From contig CP075496.1 of assembly GCA_021613535.1 (NCBI GenBank), forward strand, positions 3,596,001 through 3,660,000: a stretch of DNA of 64,000 bases, read 5' to 3'. Below, piece by piece: positions 45,481-58,977 of the stretch; the first letter of the stretch is position 1, and every line of letters starts with the position of its first letter. The stretch is from Adineta vaga. Lineage: Eukaryota > Animalia > Rotifera. Made by a program: the position numbers and the translations under genes. The notes beneath the pieces were generated by a model. That model saw only the letters and a program-made list of their open reading frames with translations. It had not been told where the DNA came from and ran no database searches.

Positions 45481-48400
45481 ATGAGGGAAATCAACGATGA
45501 GAAACCAGATCAAAAATCGGTAGATGCAGTTGATGTAGTACAAAATGGCGTTTCCGAAAAGAAGTATAGGAGATTATAACCTATGCTATAGTTGAAATAT
45601 TTTCTTCTTTACAGTGCTACGGATTCCAATGACGAAAATAATCCAAAAGGTCAAAATGTTTTACAAAAAAATCGTGAGAAAAAAAAAGAACCTACTGCTG
45701 TTGTTAGTCTTGCAAGTCTGGTAAGAAACAATCCATTTCTTCATAACAAGTTATGCTTAATTTATGCATGAATTAGTTTCGATATGCTACAAATATTGAT
45801 AAAATTTTCATGCTGATTGGGACAGTCGGTGGATTAGCTCATGGAGTTCTGTTACCATTAATGATTATTATATTTGGTGATCTTCTAAATACATTTACAG
45901 ATCGTACATCGGATTTATGTACAATGAATTATACAGCTGTTGCACTTGATTATTGTCCTCCTGGCTATTCGCTATCTATGTCAAACATTTTTTCCTCAAT
46001 ATCGTAAGGAAGAATTTGAGAAAATATATTGTTTAAAATAAACCTGTATTTAGAATTTGTAATTTTACTACAACAAATGGTACTACTGTTGATTTTCAAG
46101 GCCAAATACAAAAACAAATCAACCTTTTAGTGACTATCGGTTGTGTTAGTATTGTCTTAGGATATGTGCAAGTAGCATTTTGGAGTATGTCAGCAGAAAG
46201 ACAAACACGTACTATACGACAAAAGTTATTTCGATCCATTCTTCGAAAAGAAGTTGTTTATTTTGATACACATAAAACAGGAGAATTGAGTACAAAATTA
46301 ACAGATGATATTGATAAAATCCATGATGGTATAGGAGATAAATTAGGATCAGCATCGCAATTTTTAGCATCATTCACTACTGGATTAATTCTCGGTAAGT
46401 TGATAAATATATAAACGAAATCAAAATTTCGTTATCTGACACAATCTAAAAATAATTATTTTTGTAATATTTATTTAGGTTTTGTCAAAGGATGGAAGTT
46501 AACTTTAGTTGTATTGTCCATGTCTCCATTGTTATTTTGCTCTGCTCTTCTCCTTTCACAAGTATGTCTCTTTGATATTTAATAAAAGATTCGCATGTCT
46601 AATAATAATATTCGTCTATTTTCTTGTAGCTTACTTCTCGTTTAACGGCAAAGGAATTGAAAGCGTATGGTAAAGCAGGTGCAGTAGCTGAAGAAGTATT
46701 TAGTGCAATTCGTACGGTTTTTTGTTATAATGGACAAGAACGAGAGACAAAAAGGTTTTATATTTAACTAATAATTCTTACAATTACCTGTAAGTATTTA
46801 TAGATATGAAGTATTTCTCGATGATGCGAGAAAAAGTGGCATTAAGAAAGGTGGAATCAATGGTTTTTCAATGGGTCTTGTATGGTTTTTGATCTATTCT
46901 TCGTATGCATTAGGTATTAATATTTGTGAAGTCATATATTTTTCATATAAAAATGTCTCAATTTGACTTCAATAGGATTTTGGTATGGAGCAAAATTAAT
47001 TCGTGATGAAGGATATAGTATTGGCAATGTTATCATTGTCAGTAGATAATTTGAACATTTGTTTTGAATAAGATATTTAATCTTTCAGGTTTTCTTTTCT
47101 ATTATCATTGCTGTCTTTAATTTGGGACAAGCTAGTCCACATTTTCAAGCATTAACTCAAGCACGAGCAGCTGCTTATATTGTCTGGGAAGTTATCGATA
47201 CAGTAAGTCACTCATACTCATTAATCTATCACAGATTTTAGTATTGTTTATGTAGCCATCAAAAATCATTAGTGATTCAGAAACAGGTTTAAAAAAAGAT
47301 GATCTCATTGGTGATATACAATTTACAAATGTTCGATTTTCTTATCCATCACGACCTGGTGTTCAAATTCTCAATGGTATATCTTTTGATGTTAAATGTG
47401 GTCAAACAATCGCTTTGGTTGGATCTTCCGGTTCAGGCAAATCGACATCTGTACAATTATTACAACGATTCTATGATCCCGATGCTGGTTCAGTTCGTAT
47501 TGATGGACATGAAGTGAATGAATATAATTTGAAATGGTTAAGAGAACATATTGGTGTTGTTAGTCAAGAACCTATTTTATTTCAAGCAACAATTCGAGAA
47601 AATATTCTATTTGGAAGAGAATCGGCTACTGATATAGAAATTCAAGAAGCAGCAAAGATGGCTAATGCACATGATTTTATCATGACTTTACCTGATGTAA
47701 GTCATCTATTAGTTAATATGTAATTCATATTTGTAGCTTTATATATTTTCTAGCGATATGAAACACGAGTAGGTGAACGTGGAGCAGCATTATCTGGTGG
47801 ACAAAAACAACGAATTGGTAAATATATAATTTTGATAGGAATACTAAAACTATTTTCTTTCTAGCAATCGCTCGAGCATTAGTTCGTGATCCCAAAATTT
47901 TACTTCTCGATGAAGGTACCATTTTTTTTATCATCTGCATATTTATTCGATATTTAAAATTGTAGCTACAAGTGCACTTGATAATGAAAGTGAAAAAATT
48001 GTTCAAGACGCATTAGATCGTGCTGCCGAAGGTAAACTATAATATAATAGATAAATATAATTACATGTCTTATAAATCATAGGTCGAACAACATTAGTCA
48101 TTGCGCATCGTCTTTCAACAATTCGTAATGCTGATAAAATTGTAGTTATGCATAAAGGTGACGTAGTAGAAGAAGGTGATCATGAAACGCTAATGGAAGC
48201 ACGCGGTACATATTATAATCTGGTTGAACAACAAAATTTACGACGAGCTCAAGAAGAAGAACAATTAGCTTTTGAACGACAAGAGAGTGCCGGAATAGTT
48301 TCTGCTCATCAATTAGACTTGGATACATCCGATGAAATGAGAAAACGAGGTTCAACAGTAGTTAGTTTAACACCATCAGTTATGGCAGCATTGTATGGAA

Positions 48401-51046
48401 AGAAAAAGACAGAGACAACTGATGATGAAGACAATAAAAAGAAGAAGAAAGTAAATAATCGATGTTTGATTGATTTTAATCGATATATATACTTTATTAA
48501 GGAGAAAAAACCGAATTATGCTTTAAAAATGCTCGCATTAAATAAACCAGAATGGAAATTTATAGTTTTGGGATGCTTATCATGTGTATGTACTGGAGGT
48601 ATTCAACCAGTATTCGGTCTTATTTTAAGTAAACTTACAGCGGTATATAAGTTATCCTTTCTTTATAGTAATATATTGAATTTTTCTTTAAAAAGGTATT
48701 TCAAGAATGTGATAAAAACGTTCAAGAAGAACGAGTATTACTTTACATACTTTTGTTCATTGGTTTTGGTATTATAGTTTTGACTTCTACATTTCTTCAA
48801 GTACTATCATTAATACAACTAAAAATATCTTTTCTTTTTTCCTATCAATAGGGTCTTTCATTCGGCTTTTCTGGTGAAGCATTGACACAGAGATTACGTT
48901 CACGAACATTTCATGCAATTCTTCGTCAAGATATTGCTTATTTCGATAATCCAAAAAATAATACAGGTGCATTATGTACGCGTTTAGCTACTGAAGCATC
49001 ATCTGTTCAAGGAGCAACAGGTATTCGTATTGGAACTATGTTACAAAACTTAGCTGCACTCGGTACTGGTATTATATTGAGTTTTATCTTTTCTTGGCAA
49101 CTGACATTACTTATTTTGGCCTTTGTTCCATTTATGGTTGCTGGAGGCTTCTTTCAAAGTCGTTTGATGACTGGATTTTCAAGTAAAGATAAAGAAACTC
49201 AAGAGAATGCTGGAAAAGTTTGTTGAATCTTTCGAACTATTAAATATCTTCTAATGTAATTTGTAGGTTGCCATCGAATCAATACAGAATATTCGAACAG
49301 TAATACAATTAACAAAAGAGGATTATTTTTATCAAGAATATTGTACATGTATTGATATTCCTTATAAGTAGATTGAATTTAATTATTACAGAGGAATATG
49401 ATTTAATGATTCTTATTGTTTAGGTCATCTATAAAACGAGCACATATTTTTGGCATATTTTTTGCATTAACCAATTCAGTGATGTTCTTCAGTTTAGCTG
49501 CATTATTTCGACTAGGTGCTCATTTAGTAGAAGAAAATATAATTTCATTTGAAGATGTTCTTTTGTAAGTAAAATAATGTTTGTTTTCATTGAAATATAA
49601 TCAAATGATTTCTTTTAAGATGTTTTAATTGTATTATTTTTGCTGCACAAAGTGCGGGACAAACAGCTTCGATGTAAATATTTCAAAAATGAAATTCAGA
49701 CAGATATGTAATGAAACTTGTTTTTCATATTATCTTAAGGTCTCCCGATTATACTAAAGCTATTGAAGCTGCTGAAAAGATCATGGAATTATGGGATCGA
49801 AAACCATCAATCGATAATAATTCCACTTCTGGTGAAGAAATAGTAAGTAGATATTCTTTGAGATTGTTTAAGATTTTGATATTCTCGTTGTTTAGCCGAA
49901 TTTTAGTGGACAACTAGATTTCGAAGGTGTATATTTCCTCTATCCGAACAGACCAGAATCGGTCATTCTAAGAAATTTCAAATTAAAAATTCGACCTGGT
50001 ATATTTTAGATTGATATTCGTTTCTTTTCTTCTATTCTTTTCTTCTTATTTTCGTAGGTCAAAGAGTTGCTCTTGTTGGTAAGCGATATTAGTCATTTCT
50101 AGTTATTTGTGCTATATGTATTTTAGAAAACATCTGATTAAATGTATGACTCTATTTAGGTACATCTGGTTGTGGAAAATCAACAACAATTCAATTAATC
50201 GAACGTTTTTATGATGCTAACGCTGGCCGATTGGTGAGAGAACATTGTTTTCTTATTTATGTTAATTTTTGAAATTTTTATTTATAGTTAGTTGATTCCA
50301 AAGATATACGAAGTCTCAATCTGAAATGGTATCGTTCTCAAAGTATGTGATACATTTCCTTTTTACAAATGCATTCTTGACAATGAATATTTTTTAGTTG
50401 GTCTTGTTTCACAAGAACCTATCTTATTTGATATGTCAATCAAAGAGAATATTGCTTATGGTGATAATAGTCGAAGTGATGTTCCAATGGAGGATATCAT
50501 TGCAGCAGCGAAAAGTGCTAATATCCATGACTTTATTCAACAATTACCTGATGTAAGTATTCGAAGAAAGATTTGGGTTAATATAATAACGAGATTATTT
50601 TTAGGGATATGAAACCAATTGTGGTGCCAAAGGTACACAATTATCTGGTGGACAAAAACAACGAATTGGTGAGAGAAAATCGATTTTTAACGAATGATTA
50701 TTTGAATTATTTTTTTAGCCATTGCTCGAGCATTGATTCGCAATCCAAAGATTTTATTACTTGATGAAGGTAAAGATACACAATGTTTATTGATTGTTTC
50801 ATATGTTGTCTTTGTTTAGCAACAAGTGCATTGGATAGTGAAAGTGAAAAAATAGTTCAAGATGCACTAGATGCTGCACAAGAAAATCGAACATCTGTCA
50901 CAATCGCACATCGTTTATCTACAATTCAAAATGCAGATGTGATTTGTGTTTTACATAATGGAGTCATCGTGGAAAGTGGTACTAGTCAGGAATTACTTGC
51001 CCTCGGCGGCAGATATTACCGTTTAGCTATGGGAAAACTGAAATAA
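45481..51046 (+). CDS. ABCB full transporter (P-glycoprotein / MDR1-like)
   Basis: TMD-NBD-TMD-NBD architecture with Walker [10 protein letters not shown] and [10 protein letters not shown]-loop VSQEPILF twice, signature LSGGQKQRI twice, Walker B ILLLDEATSALD twice and IAHRLSTI twice. Intron-rich. Confidence 0.97.
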
Positions 51047-51127
51047 ACCCTTTTCCATTTTGTATATTGAACTATATTTCTGTAGTCAAGAAATTTAAAT
51101 AAAACTTGTTGTCAACGTTTCGATTAT

Positions 51128-52039
51128 TTAGGAAAGTGTATTATTAAAAAAGACTAAAATATTGCTCATAAAAAATTCTCGATTGGGTGCATGTGGCGTA
51201 TCCTGATGACGTGTATGAGATATAAATGTATACAACTTTCCTTGTTCCCATAATGTTCGCATACCAATGAGATCTTCAGTGAATTGTCTTGAATCATTCC
51301 ACGTTTCGACTTTTAATGTTTGAGAAACATAACCTCGAAACCAACCAGATTCTCTTGGAGTAACAACTTCATCCAAATCAGAATAAGTCATAACGAATGC
51401 ATTTAATTTCAACATATTTATACGATAGGTTTCATTTCGTATTTCACGTTCGTTATTGATATCAGGAAGAAAATGACAATCAGATTTATATCGATTCAAT
51501 TGCATTGGATCACGCCAATAGTTTGCGACACTAATATGATCTTGAATGACTTTTCCATAAGCATACTTAGTAATTAATTCACGAAAACGAACGGGCAATT
51601 TAAGAAGATATGGTATACCAAATATTCCTTGATGAAGACCACTTAATGTTATTAAATTATAAACTGGTAACGAACATCGTTCTACAGCACCACGAACAAT
51701 TAGACTTCCTTGAGAAAATCCTAACATATTGAAGCCTTGGTGAAGACGAATATCGTTTTGAATTTTCGTACAGAAATAATCGACTTGTTTATCTAATCGC
51801 CACATAAATGAGTCATCTACACCATTGCCGATTTCCATTGATAGAATATAAATACCAGGTAAGGAAGTACGAAGCCAATCAGCTATATCATTCATATCCA
51901 AAGAAGATGCAACGATGCCATGCATGAGAACGACTGGACGATAGACTGGTGTTTTAATAATACGTGAAAGTACAGTAGCAAAAAATAAAAGATATGCTAA
52001 ATGAGATATTTTTATTTCTTTTCCTACAGAATCACTCAT
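51128..52039 (-). CDS. Palmitoyl-protein thioesterase 1-like, intronless CDS
   Basis: RPVVLMHG, nucleophile GFSQG, NLITLSGLHQG, ANYWRDP, FLPDINNE, DEVVTPRESGWF (catalytic Asp) and HTRH (catalytic His), after a hydrophobic signal-like N-terminus. Start codon uncertain; the ORF is open to 52171. Confidence 0.9.
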   Translation of the reverse strand: MSDSVGKEIKISHLAYLLFFATVLSRIIKTPVYRPVVLMHGIVASSLDMNDIADWLRTSLPGIYILSMEIGNGVDDSFMWRLDKQVDYFCTKIQNDIRLHQGFNMLGFSQGSLIVRGAVERCSLPVYNLITLSGLHQGIFGIPYLLKLPVRFRELITKYAYGKVIQDHISVANYWRDPMQLNRYKSDCHFLPDINNEREIRNETYRINMLKLNAFVMTYSDLDEVVTPRESGWFRGYVSQTLKVETWNDSRQFTEDLIGMRTLWEQGKLYTFISHTRHQDTPHAPNREFFMSNILVFFNNTLS

Positions 52040-52927
52040 TACAAATATTGATGATGAATCGTTTTTTGGAAACTGTATCACAGATGGATATCTGACCATT
52101 TCTGTACACAATAAATAGGTTGAAAGCATTACTAATTGCGATTTGATATAGTATATCAAATAACAAATCACTATTAAAGGTGATTTTTATGTATGTATGT
52201 ATTTTGTATGTACAACAGCTCAGTTGAAAAAGATGTCGTTATCTCATGGAAAAAAATTCAACTGATACCGCGGTTTTTGAAAAAACTAATTCATCAAGGT
52301 GATGTATTATTTCTGTCACCTCTTCGATAACCTTTTGGCTTATCATGTTCGCTACTAGTCTAAAAACTCAACACGTTGATTTTACACTGCGTTCAGTCCT
52401 ATAGTATCACTATATCTATTTTATACTCATCTGTTTCTTGTTAGATTCGAATTTCTTACCATTTATACCAATATCAAATATGATAATCTATCTGATAAAC
52501 TACACGCCTGTGAATGTTACCAGAAGTAATCACCTGAATTATTTTCTTTGTAGTTTCAACTTTTATCAAAATATAATTGTTCGAATTTTAACTACACTAT
52601 ATTATTATAAGAATTGAACAAATTAATTTGAATATTGTCACTTGTTGACGTTTGATAAATATTATTCTACTTCAATTAAAAAATGACATGCTTCTACATC
52701 ATAAAAAAAGTGAAGAATAACCTAGGGTAAAACCGTGTACGATGGTGTCATAAACGGGGAAAAGACTTTTGAATATGCAATTTCATTCAATTATTAATTA
52801 ATCTATTATAATATACGATACTAACTGAAGCAATGTTATCAACTAGAATCTATTCACTTCTATTAGCAAAAATTAAAAATGAATAGCTGTTGTTCATTAG
52901 TTTATTATCAGATGCCCATAGCTTGAT

Positions 52928-53621
52928 TTATTTGCGTGCCACGTATTCACTATCAGTCAATAAGTTTGCTAATCTTAAACTGTATCGAATTGTATATGCC
53001 TAAAGGGAAGAAAGAATGATCATTGTTTAACTGAACAGAAATATTTACCGGAAGAATAGATGCCCCACAGAATATCATCAAATAACTTAGAGCAAAAACA
53101 ATGGTTTTAAGAATACCATTAGTTTCGTAGTTTTCTCTACCCATCGGTATGATAAAACAATATGCTAAGCTTAAATAAATCAAAATTAAATCTATCATCA
53201 TCAATTTGGTAAACTAAAATCAACAGGAAACAATGATTCATGATTAAACAAAAGAGATAAAACATACGATAAGTAAACTGTTAACAAGATATCGATCAGT
53301 AGCAACTAATCCAATAATGAAAATCAAGCAAGTGAAGAATAGTAGGAAAAGAATGATTGGACTGTATGGCTGTAATTCAACATTATAATTAAAAATATAG
53401 GCATATACACCCAAGATGGTGCATACTATAGTTAAAATCTAGAGATAAAGAAATATTTGGATTGTGTTTGAACCTTGAAATGAAAAACCTACCAATTGAA
53501 CGATAATTGCAAGAAGTAGTATCTTGCGTGCACGATTTACTTCTTCTATTGGAGAAGTTGATGGATAATGAACTTCTTCATTCAACTTATTCATGTCGAT
53601 TTTTTGATCCTGAGACATCAT
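52928..53621 (-). CDS. Uncharacterised small four-transmembrane protein (4 exons)
   Basis: In-frame splice model MMSQDQK...KILLLAIIVQL|ILTIVCTILGVYAY...LFFTCLIFIIGLVAT...|FTKLMMIDLILIYLSLAYCFII...ALSYLMIFCGASILP|AYTIRYSLRLANLLTDSEYVARK*. Confidence 0.65.
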
Positions 53622-54304
53622 ATTCGTAGGAAACCGTTATGAATTTCTGTCGTTCTCTCTGAAAGTCGTTGACAATGAAATCAAAGAATTAAACAGCGTC
53701 TAGACTAAAGAGAAAAAACTGAGCGAATGCTTTCTGATTTGTTAAGATTACTCTCTTACTATGCAAATATTTGTCGAGGAATATTACATTCTGGTTAATG
53801 CTATAGAGTTATACATTGAACAAGAGTTGTGTTTTATAAATCGTATTCGACATTCTTTCATAAAGACGAAATTTAAAAATCGATCGTTTTCCCTGTTTTT
53901 TTAGTATTGTATGCTCTAATTACAGCAATTTGCCATATTTATTTTACAAGGTTGTTTGGTAGAGAACATTTAACCAAAGGATCATCTACCTCTATGATTT
54001 TTTATTTATTTTCAACTGTGTGTTTTCAAGGTTACTGAAACATCTCGAAATCAATTTTGAAGGTTGATATTTACATTGAGATATTCAGAGAAGCATCGCA
54101 ACTGTTTAAATTCATTCATAGTTTATAAACAAATAAGAATAATGTTGCTTTGGCTTCATTTATTTTCATAATCAAATGATTTCTAATACTACATAGGATA
54201 TATCATTTAGGATTAGACTGAACAAATAATTGTAATGAAATATCACACATTAAAACATTGTATATAAAGAAATAAAGATTTTTGTTGTAGAAAATGTACA
54301 TATT

Positions 54305-55400
54305 TGTCTTTACGTTTATGTCGACGTATTCTTGTACCATTTGATAAAGATGAATTTTGCTTCACGTTTATGTTTTTAACTAGTTTTGGGTTTTATATCA
54401 CGTTGATCGATCTCTATTTCTTCTTCACTGTAATCATCATCATCTTTTTTTTGTTTTGGATTGAGTGCACCAATAATAAATCATTGTAATCATTATAGAT
54501 AATAAAATAATAATCAAACAAATTATTCACACTCGATATGATTTTTTTTTGACGATCTCAATAATCTTTTCCATAATACTCTGAGATGATGATGATGTAG
54601 TGTGTTGAAGGTGGTGGTGATAATACTTTTTCTTCAAGTAATGATTTTGGTTTCCATAATTGATCAGCATATTTTTTCTCAATTGCTGGATCAGATGTCA
54701 AAAGAAAATTGTCAAAAACAATATCATCAACCACTGACTAAAGTTCAAGTGAAAGACTTCCAATGGGTATTGATTTGTATGGATGAAGTTCATCAACATA
54801 ATCTGGATTAGGAATTTTCCGTAGTTCCCATTTTCCCTAGAAAAGATCGAGAAAACTTCTTTTCTGTGCGAAATCTATTGTTTAACATACTCGATAGTTT
54901 GGATTGTCAATGAATGGTGCCGACCAATGGCCTTCATAATTTGGATTAAGTATTATTGACAGTGTGCATTTTTCATAACCAAGTGCAATTTTACATCGAC
55001 GATTATCAACCCCTGTTGGTGCCTATATACCGCATCTAATTCATCATCCCTACCAAAGATAGAATATCATATACTCAAATCAATACTCTATTCATCGTAC
55101 CATTCTTCAGGTTTTGTTGCATCTGGATCTGGAACGAACAAGGGTTCTACATTGATATGAAACAGTTAGCGGAAGAAGATCAGATTTCTTTTTCGAAGAT
55201 ATTCTGTACCATATTCAAGCCAACCATCTGGTATTTTCGCAATTTTATCAAGTGTTTCTTTTGGTGCAATTTCATTCCAATCTAAAATGAAAATAGCAGA
55301 CCTTAAAATGACCTTGATTTCTTTTATGATTTCTTCATTTCATTTGTTGATGGAATTTCATCAACATTTCTTACCATCTGATTTTCTTGTATCTATCTCA
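54305..55400 (-). pseudogene. Unprocessed calnexin-like pseudogene (P-domain to C-terminus)
   Basis: Exons DWNEIAP...KIPDGWLEY, EPLFVPDPDATKPEEW, WDDELD, NPNYEGHWSAPFIDNPNYR and GKWELRKIPNPDY...LEL*SVVDDIVFDNFL. TAG at 54738-54740 replaces the Trp of the conserved LELWS. Frameshift near 55022 and further frameshifts around the TM segment IICLIIILLSIMITMIYYWC. Introns are retained. Confidence 0.85.
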
Positions 55401-55743
55401 TCTGCATTAAATCTTTTAACAACAGGTGATGTTATTGTCGATAATGATGATGATGATGATGATACGAATGATGGTGTAAAAATTGGATTAGCTGATATCA
55501 ATGATGCTTGACCATGATATTTTTCTTTTAAATGTTTGATATTTTCGTTTTGTAAATGCCAACCATCAGCACTTTTCGAAACCAAATTCATTTGAAGAAT
55601 CGATAATTCGATTGGATCACCATTGAAAGACCATGTGTTGCTTATTGTTGTGTATTTTGTTGTACAGCAATAGTGAACCCATGAAGTCGTGGTAGAATTT
55701 TTTCACATATTTTCGAAATTACCTCTTGATCTGTCCGAGTGAT

Positions 55744-55923
55744 TTAATCATAATTTGATTTTCCAATCATTCTGACTGTATCAAGATGTCGAATATGAAG
55801 ATGATCTAATACTACTTTATCAAATCGCTCATTTACATCGACAAGTGAATAAAGTGCATCGACTTCATCCAGTTTATTGAAAATAAAACTTAATATTTCA
55901 TTGGGCAAATCAAGTATATTCAT
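55744..55923 (-). pseudogene. Truncated F-box-domain ORF (59 aa)
   Basis: MNILDLPNEILSFIFNKLDEVDALYSLVDVNERFDKVVLDHLHIRHLDTVRMIGKSNYD*: F-box motif (LPNEIL..IF..L) with no downstream substrate-binding domain. Confidence 0.7.
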
Positions 55924-56559
55924 ATCTTATTTGACATACTATATAATTCATTGGCTTTTATACATATCTGTGTTTTTTTGCTGTCGTCCGTAAGAACAAT
56001 GAAACAATCACGTTGTTGTTACAATATCAGTCTGTATTGAACGATTGAAGTCATTTCTCCCTAACATTTTTCAATAATTTTTTAACAATTTATAAAGAAA
56101 AGAAGAATAAATGATATATTTAATTGTTTAAGTTGGCATCGTTGTCATTGCCTTTTGTTCGTTTACGTGATCGTTAATAAAAAAGACTCTTTGATTGATA
56201 TAAAATTGAATGTATTCTGTTATACTTCAGAACAAAGATGCAAAGAAGAAAATTTTTTTGTAAAGAGCATCAAACTCTTGTATCTACTTTACTTTTAGGT
56301 ATTATCAAATAAATTGAAGTTATCATTTAAAGAAAGGTTTTATTCGAGTAATCTTTTTGCAAAAACATTTAATTTGAATATTCATTATATATATCGATGA
56401 AAGAATTTACATTAATGAAGTTTAAATCCTTTTAATAGAATATATCAATATTTCTTTCAATCTTAATGAAAATTCGAATATATTGATTGATTGCTTATTT
56501 TAGTCCAGTTAGTTAAAATAATTTCTCTCTGTCATAATAAAGCCACATACTATAATAAT

Positions 56560-57500
56560 ATTGAATTAAGGTGAATACGTTTATTTATAGATTTGAACAA
56601 TTGTTAACTATTATCAACTGATCGAGAAGGACTTCGTTCATTATCATCATGTAACCAATTGTGAAATGAATTAGTGAATAAAAAACGATTTTCTTTCGAA
56701 AATTTTTTTTTCTTACTTGAACTTCTTGATTCGTAACTTGTAAATTATTAACTCAACGTTCCATTGTTACTATCCATTCTTTATACATTTGTTCCCAAGT
56801 AGCAATCTTAATATGATTTTATATTATAATTCAAATTATCTTTAAAAAAAAGAAATATTTACCTGTTTTTTTTGTTCTCGTTGAGCTAAATCAGTCATTT
56901 TCCCAGAATGTTCTCTTTTCATTCGTTCATGTTTTCCATAAAATATTCTTTCTTAGTTTCAATTATCAAAATTGAAATTCAATTTACTTTATAATCTTCT
57001 ACCTAAATAGACAAAATAAATATTTTATTTTTTTTTAAAACAAAGAAAACCTCTTTAGCAGTTCTCTCTTTTTCTGTTTGTTGTTGTTCTAATCCTAATT
57101 GTTCATTATTACATTTCGATTTTTGAACATGGACCAGAATTGTTTGTTCATCTTTTTGTTCAAGTAGTTTTTTTTAATAGTGTATTAGATTTTCTTTCAT
57201 TTTTCAAATTTTTTACATGGTTTTGTTCTTTCCGGACGATTCAACCTAGAAAAAATATTTATCAATGAAAATAAAAGAAAAAAATACAACAAACACAGGT
57301 ATATTTGTATTGACATATTCCTTTTTATAATTTAACAACTGTTGTCGTTTTGGCACGACGTAATTCATCAAGTTTAGTCTTCTAATCATAGCAATTTGTC
57401 GTTCGAGCTAAGTAGAATTAAATATAAAACTAATTTAAAGCATCGAAGAATCTTCATACTTCAACAACTCTGGTTTTTTGAACTGATGGATCTTCTTTAG
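56560..57500 (-). pseudogene. Decayed multi-exon coiled-coil gene remnant
   Basis: Exon-like segments flanked by GT/AG read IATWEQMYKEWIVTMER*VNNLQVTNQEVQ (internal TGA) and HERMKREHSGKMTDLAQREQKKQ. No continuous frame could be assembled. Confidence 0.4.
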
Positions 57501-58977
57501 ATTTTGCTACTGCCATGTTGTACACTATGAAACGATTAGTTTATTTACATGAGTAGATTTCAACGCCAGAAATCATATGAAACCACTTTATTCGCCCTTG
57601 GTTTTATCAGTCACTTGTTTCTAAACAATGAAGAAACGAGTCATTGATGAAAAAATCATGCTCCAGCAACGCCAAAATCTTGCTTATTGCCAAATTTTAC
57701 TACAAACTGAACGATCAATTGACTGTCGGCAAACACAAATGACTTATTTAAATGTCTACTAATTGCATGATGTTTGGTTTTTGAGTAGACAAATTATTTC
57801 CATAAAAGAAGTGATCGAAATAATGTAATCATTCTTATAGACAGCTGATTGTGGAATTTCAAATGGCCATCCTTCATCATATTTTGATATATCTTCATCT
57901 ACTCCCTCCTTTTTTGCTTTGAAATTGCTCTTCGAAATGAATACTCGCTGAAGATGATCTGATAATTGGCACATTGCTTTGTCTTGCTATGTAGATCAGA
58001 GACGAAAAAAGGTATATGAAAAAATTCATTTGATTAAAAAATGAATCAAAGAAAATGAAACAATGATTTTTATATTTGACAAGACGATTTTAATTTTCTC
58101 CAAAAAAAAGATCGATGTATCTTATTTATCGATTGGTAATTTTTGAACCAATGAGAATTTTTCCATGTTGACCGATGTATGTTGATGATCATTTCCTATT
58201 CCTACGACACACCCAAGTCACTTATTCATATATTACATTGAGAAAGAATTCTTTTTTTTACGTATTCTTTCGTTTCAACAGATTAGATATCAGATCAGTA
58301 CAGAAAAAAAATACATCTGAAGTTTTTTCAAAACGTCAAATGATTAAAGTGACTTGATCAACTTTTTCATTCTCTTACAAGTTCACCTGACGAGTTTACC
58401 ACATAAAAAAAATCTTTTATTCCTTCCTCCTTCTCTTTTTTTTCTTTCTTTTTACGTGAATATGTATATATAACTATCGCCTTTTGTATTATACATCGTA
58501 GACAAATTCTTCTTTTTTTTCTGTCTTTCTCGGTTAAGTTTGAATGTTGACACACTCGATTTAGGAGTCTTTTTCTTGCATATGTTCGACCTTACATAAC
58601 TGTCGCATACGTGCTTTGAAATACAGAACTATCAGCGCTATAATAGATTAAAAAAAATGAAATTAAGTGATGTACATTTAGAAATTTGTCTATGATTGAT
58701 CTGATCCAAGGCTAGACTATAGGACTCGTTTTTCGATCCAATTAGTTTTATTCTTTTTCTTTTTGTACTTTAGATAGTGAAAATATTGAACATTAGAAAA
58801 TAAAATCATATGTCGTCTATTTATAATGGTTGTCATCATCGACGAAAGAGAATATTGATATCAAATTAGCAATGATCCGTGACGAGACATTGTCGCCGTC
58901 TCAAAGTTGACCGTCTGTTCTGTCTTACATCATCGTATTCATCTATTCAAAACTAAAACAAAATCTTTTTTTCAATC

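Noticed and set aside
54738-54740. In-frame TAG in calnexin as programmed readthrough or a variant genetic code
   Set aside because: Accompanying frameshifts indicate decay, and TAG acts as a normal stop elsewhere in the window (e.g. Tubby at 2842, IQCK at 61343).
57759-57974. Short ORF as a possible DNA-transposase fragment
   Set aside because: No DDE or other diagnostic motif and no terminal inverted repeats could be identified by eye.
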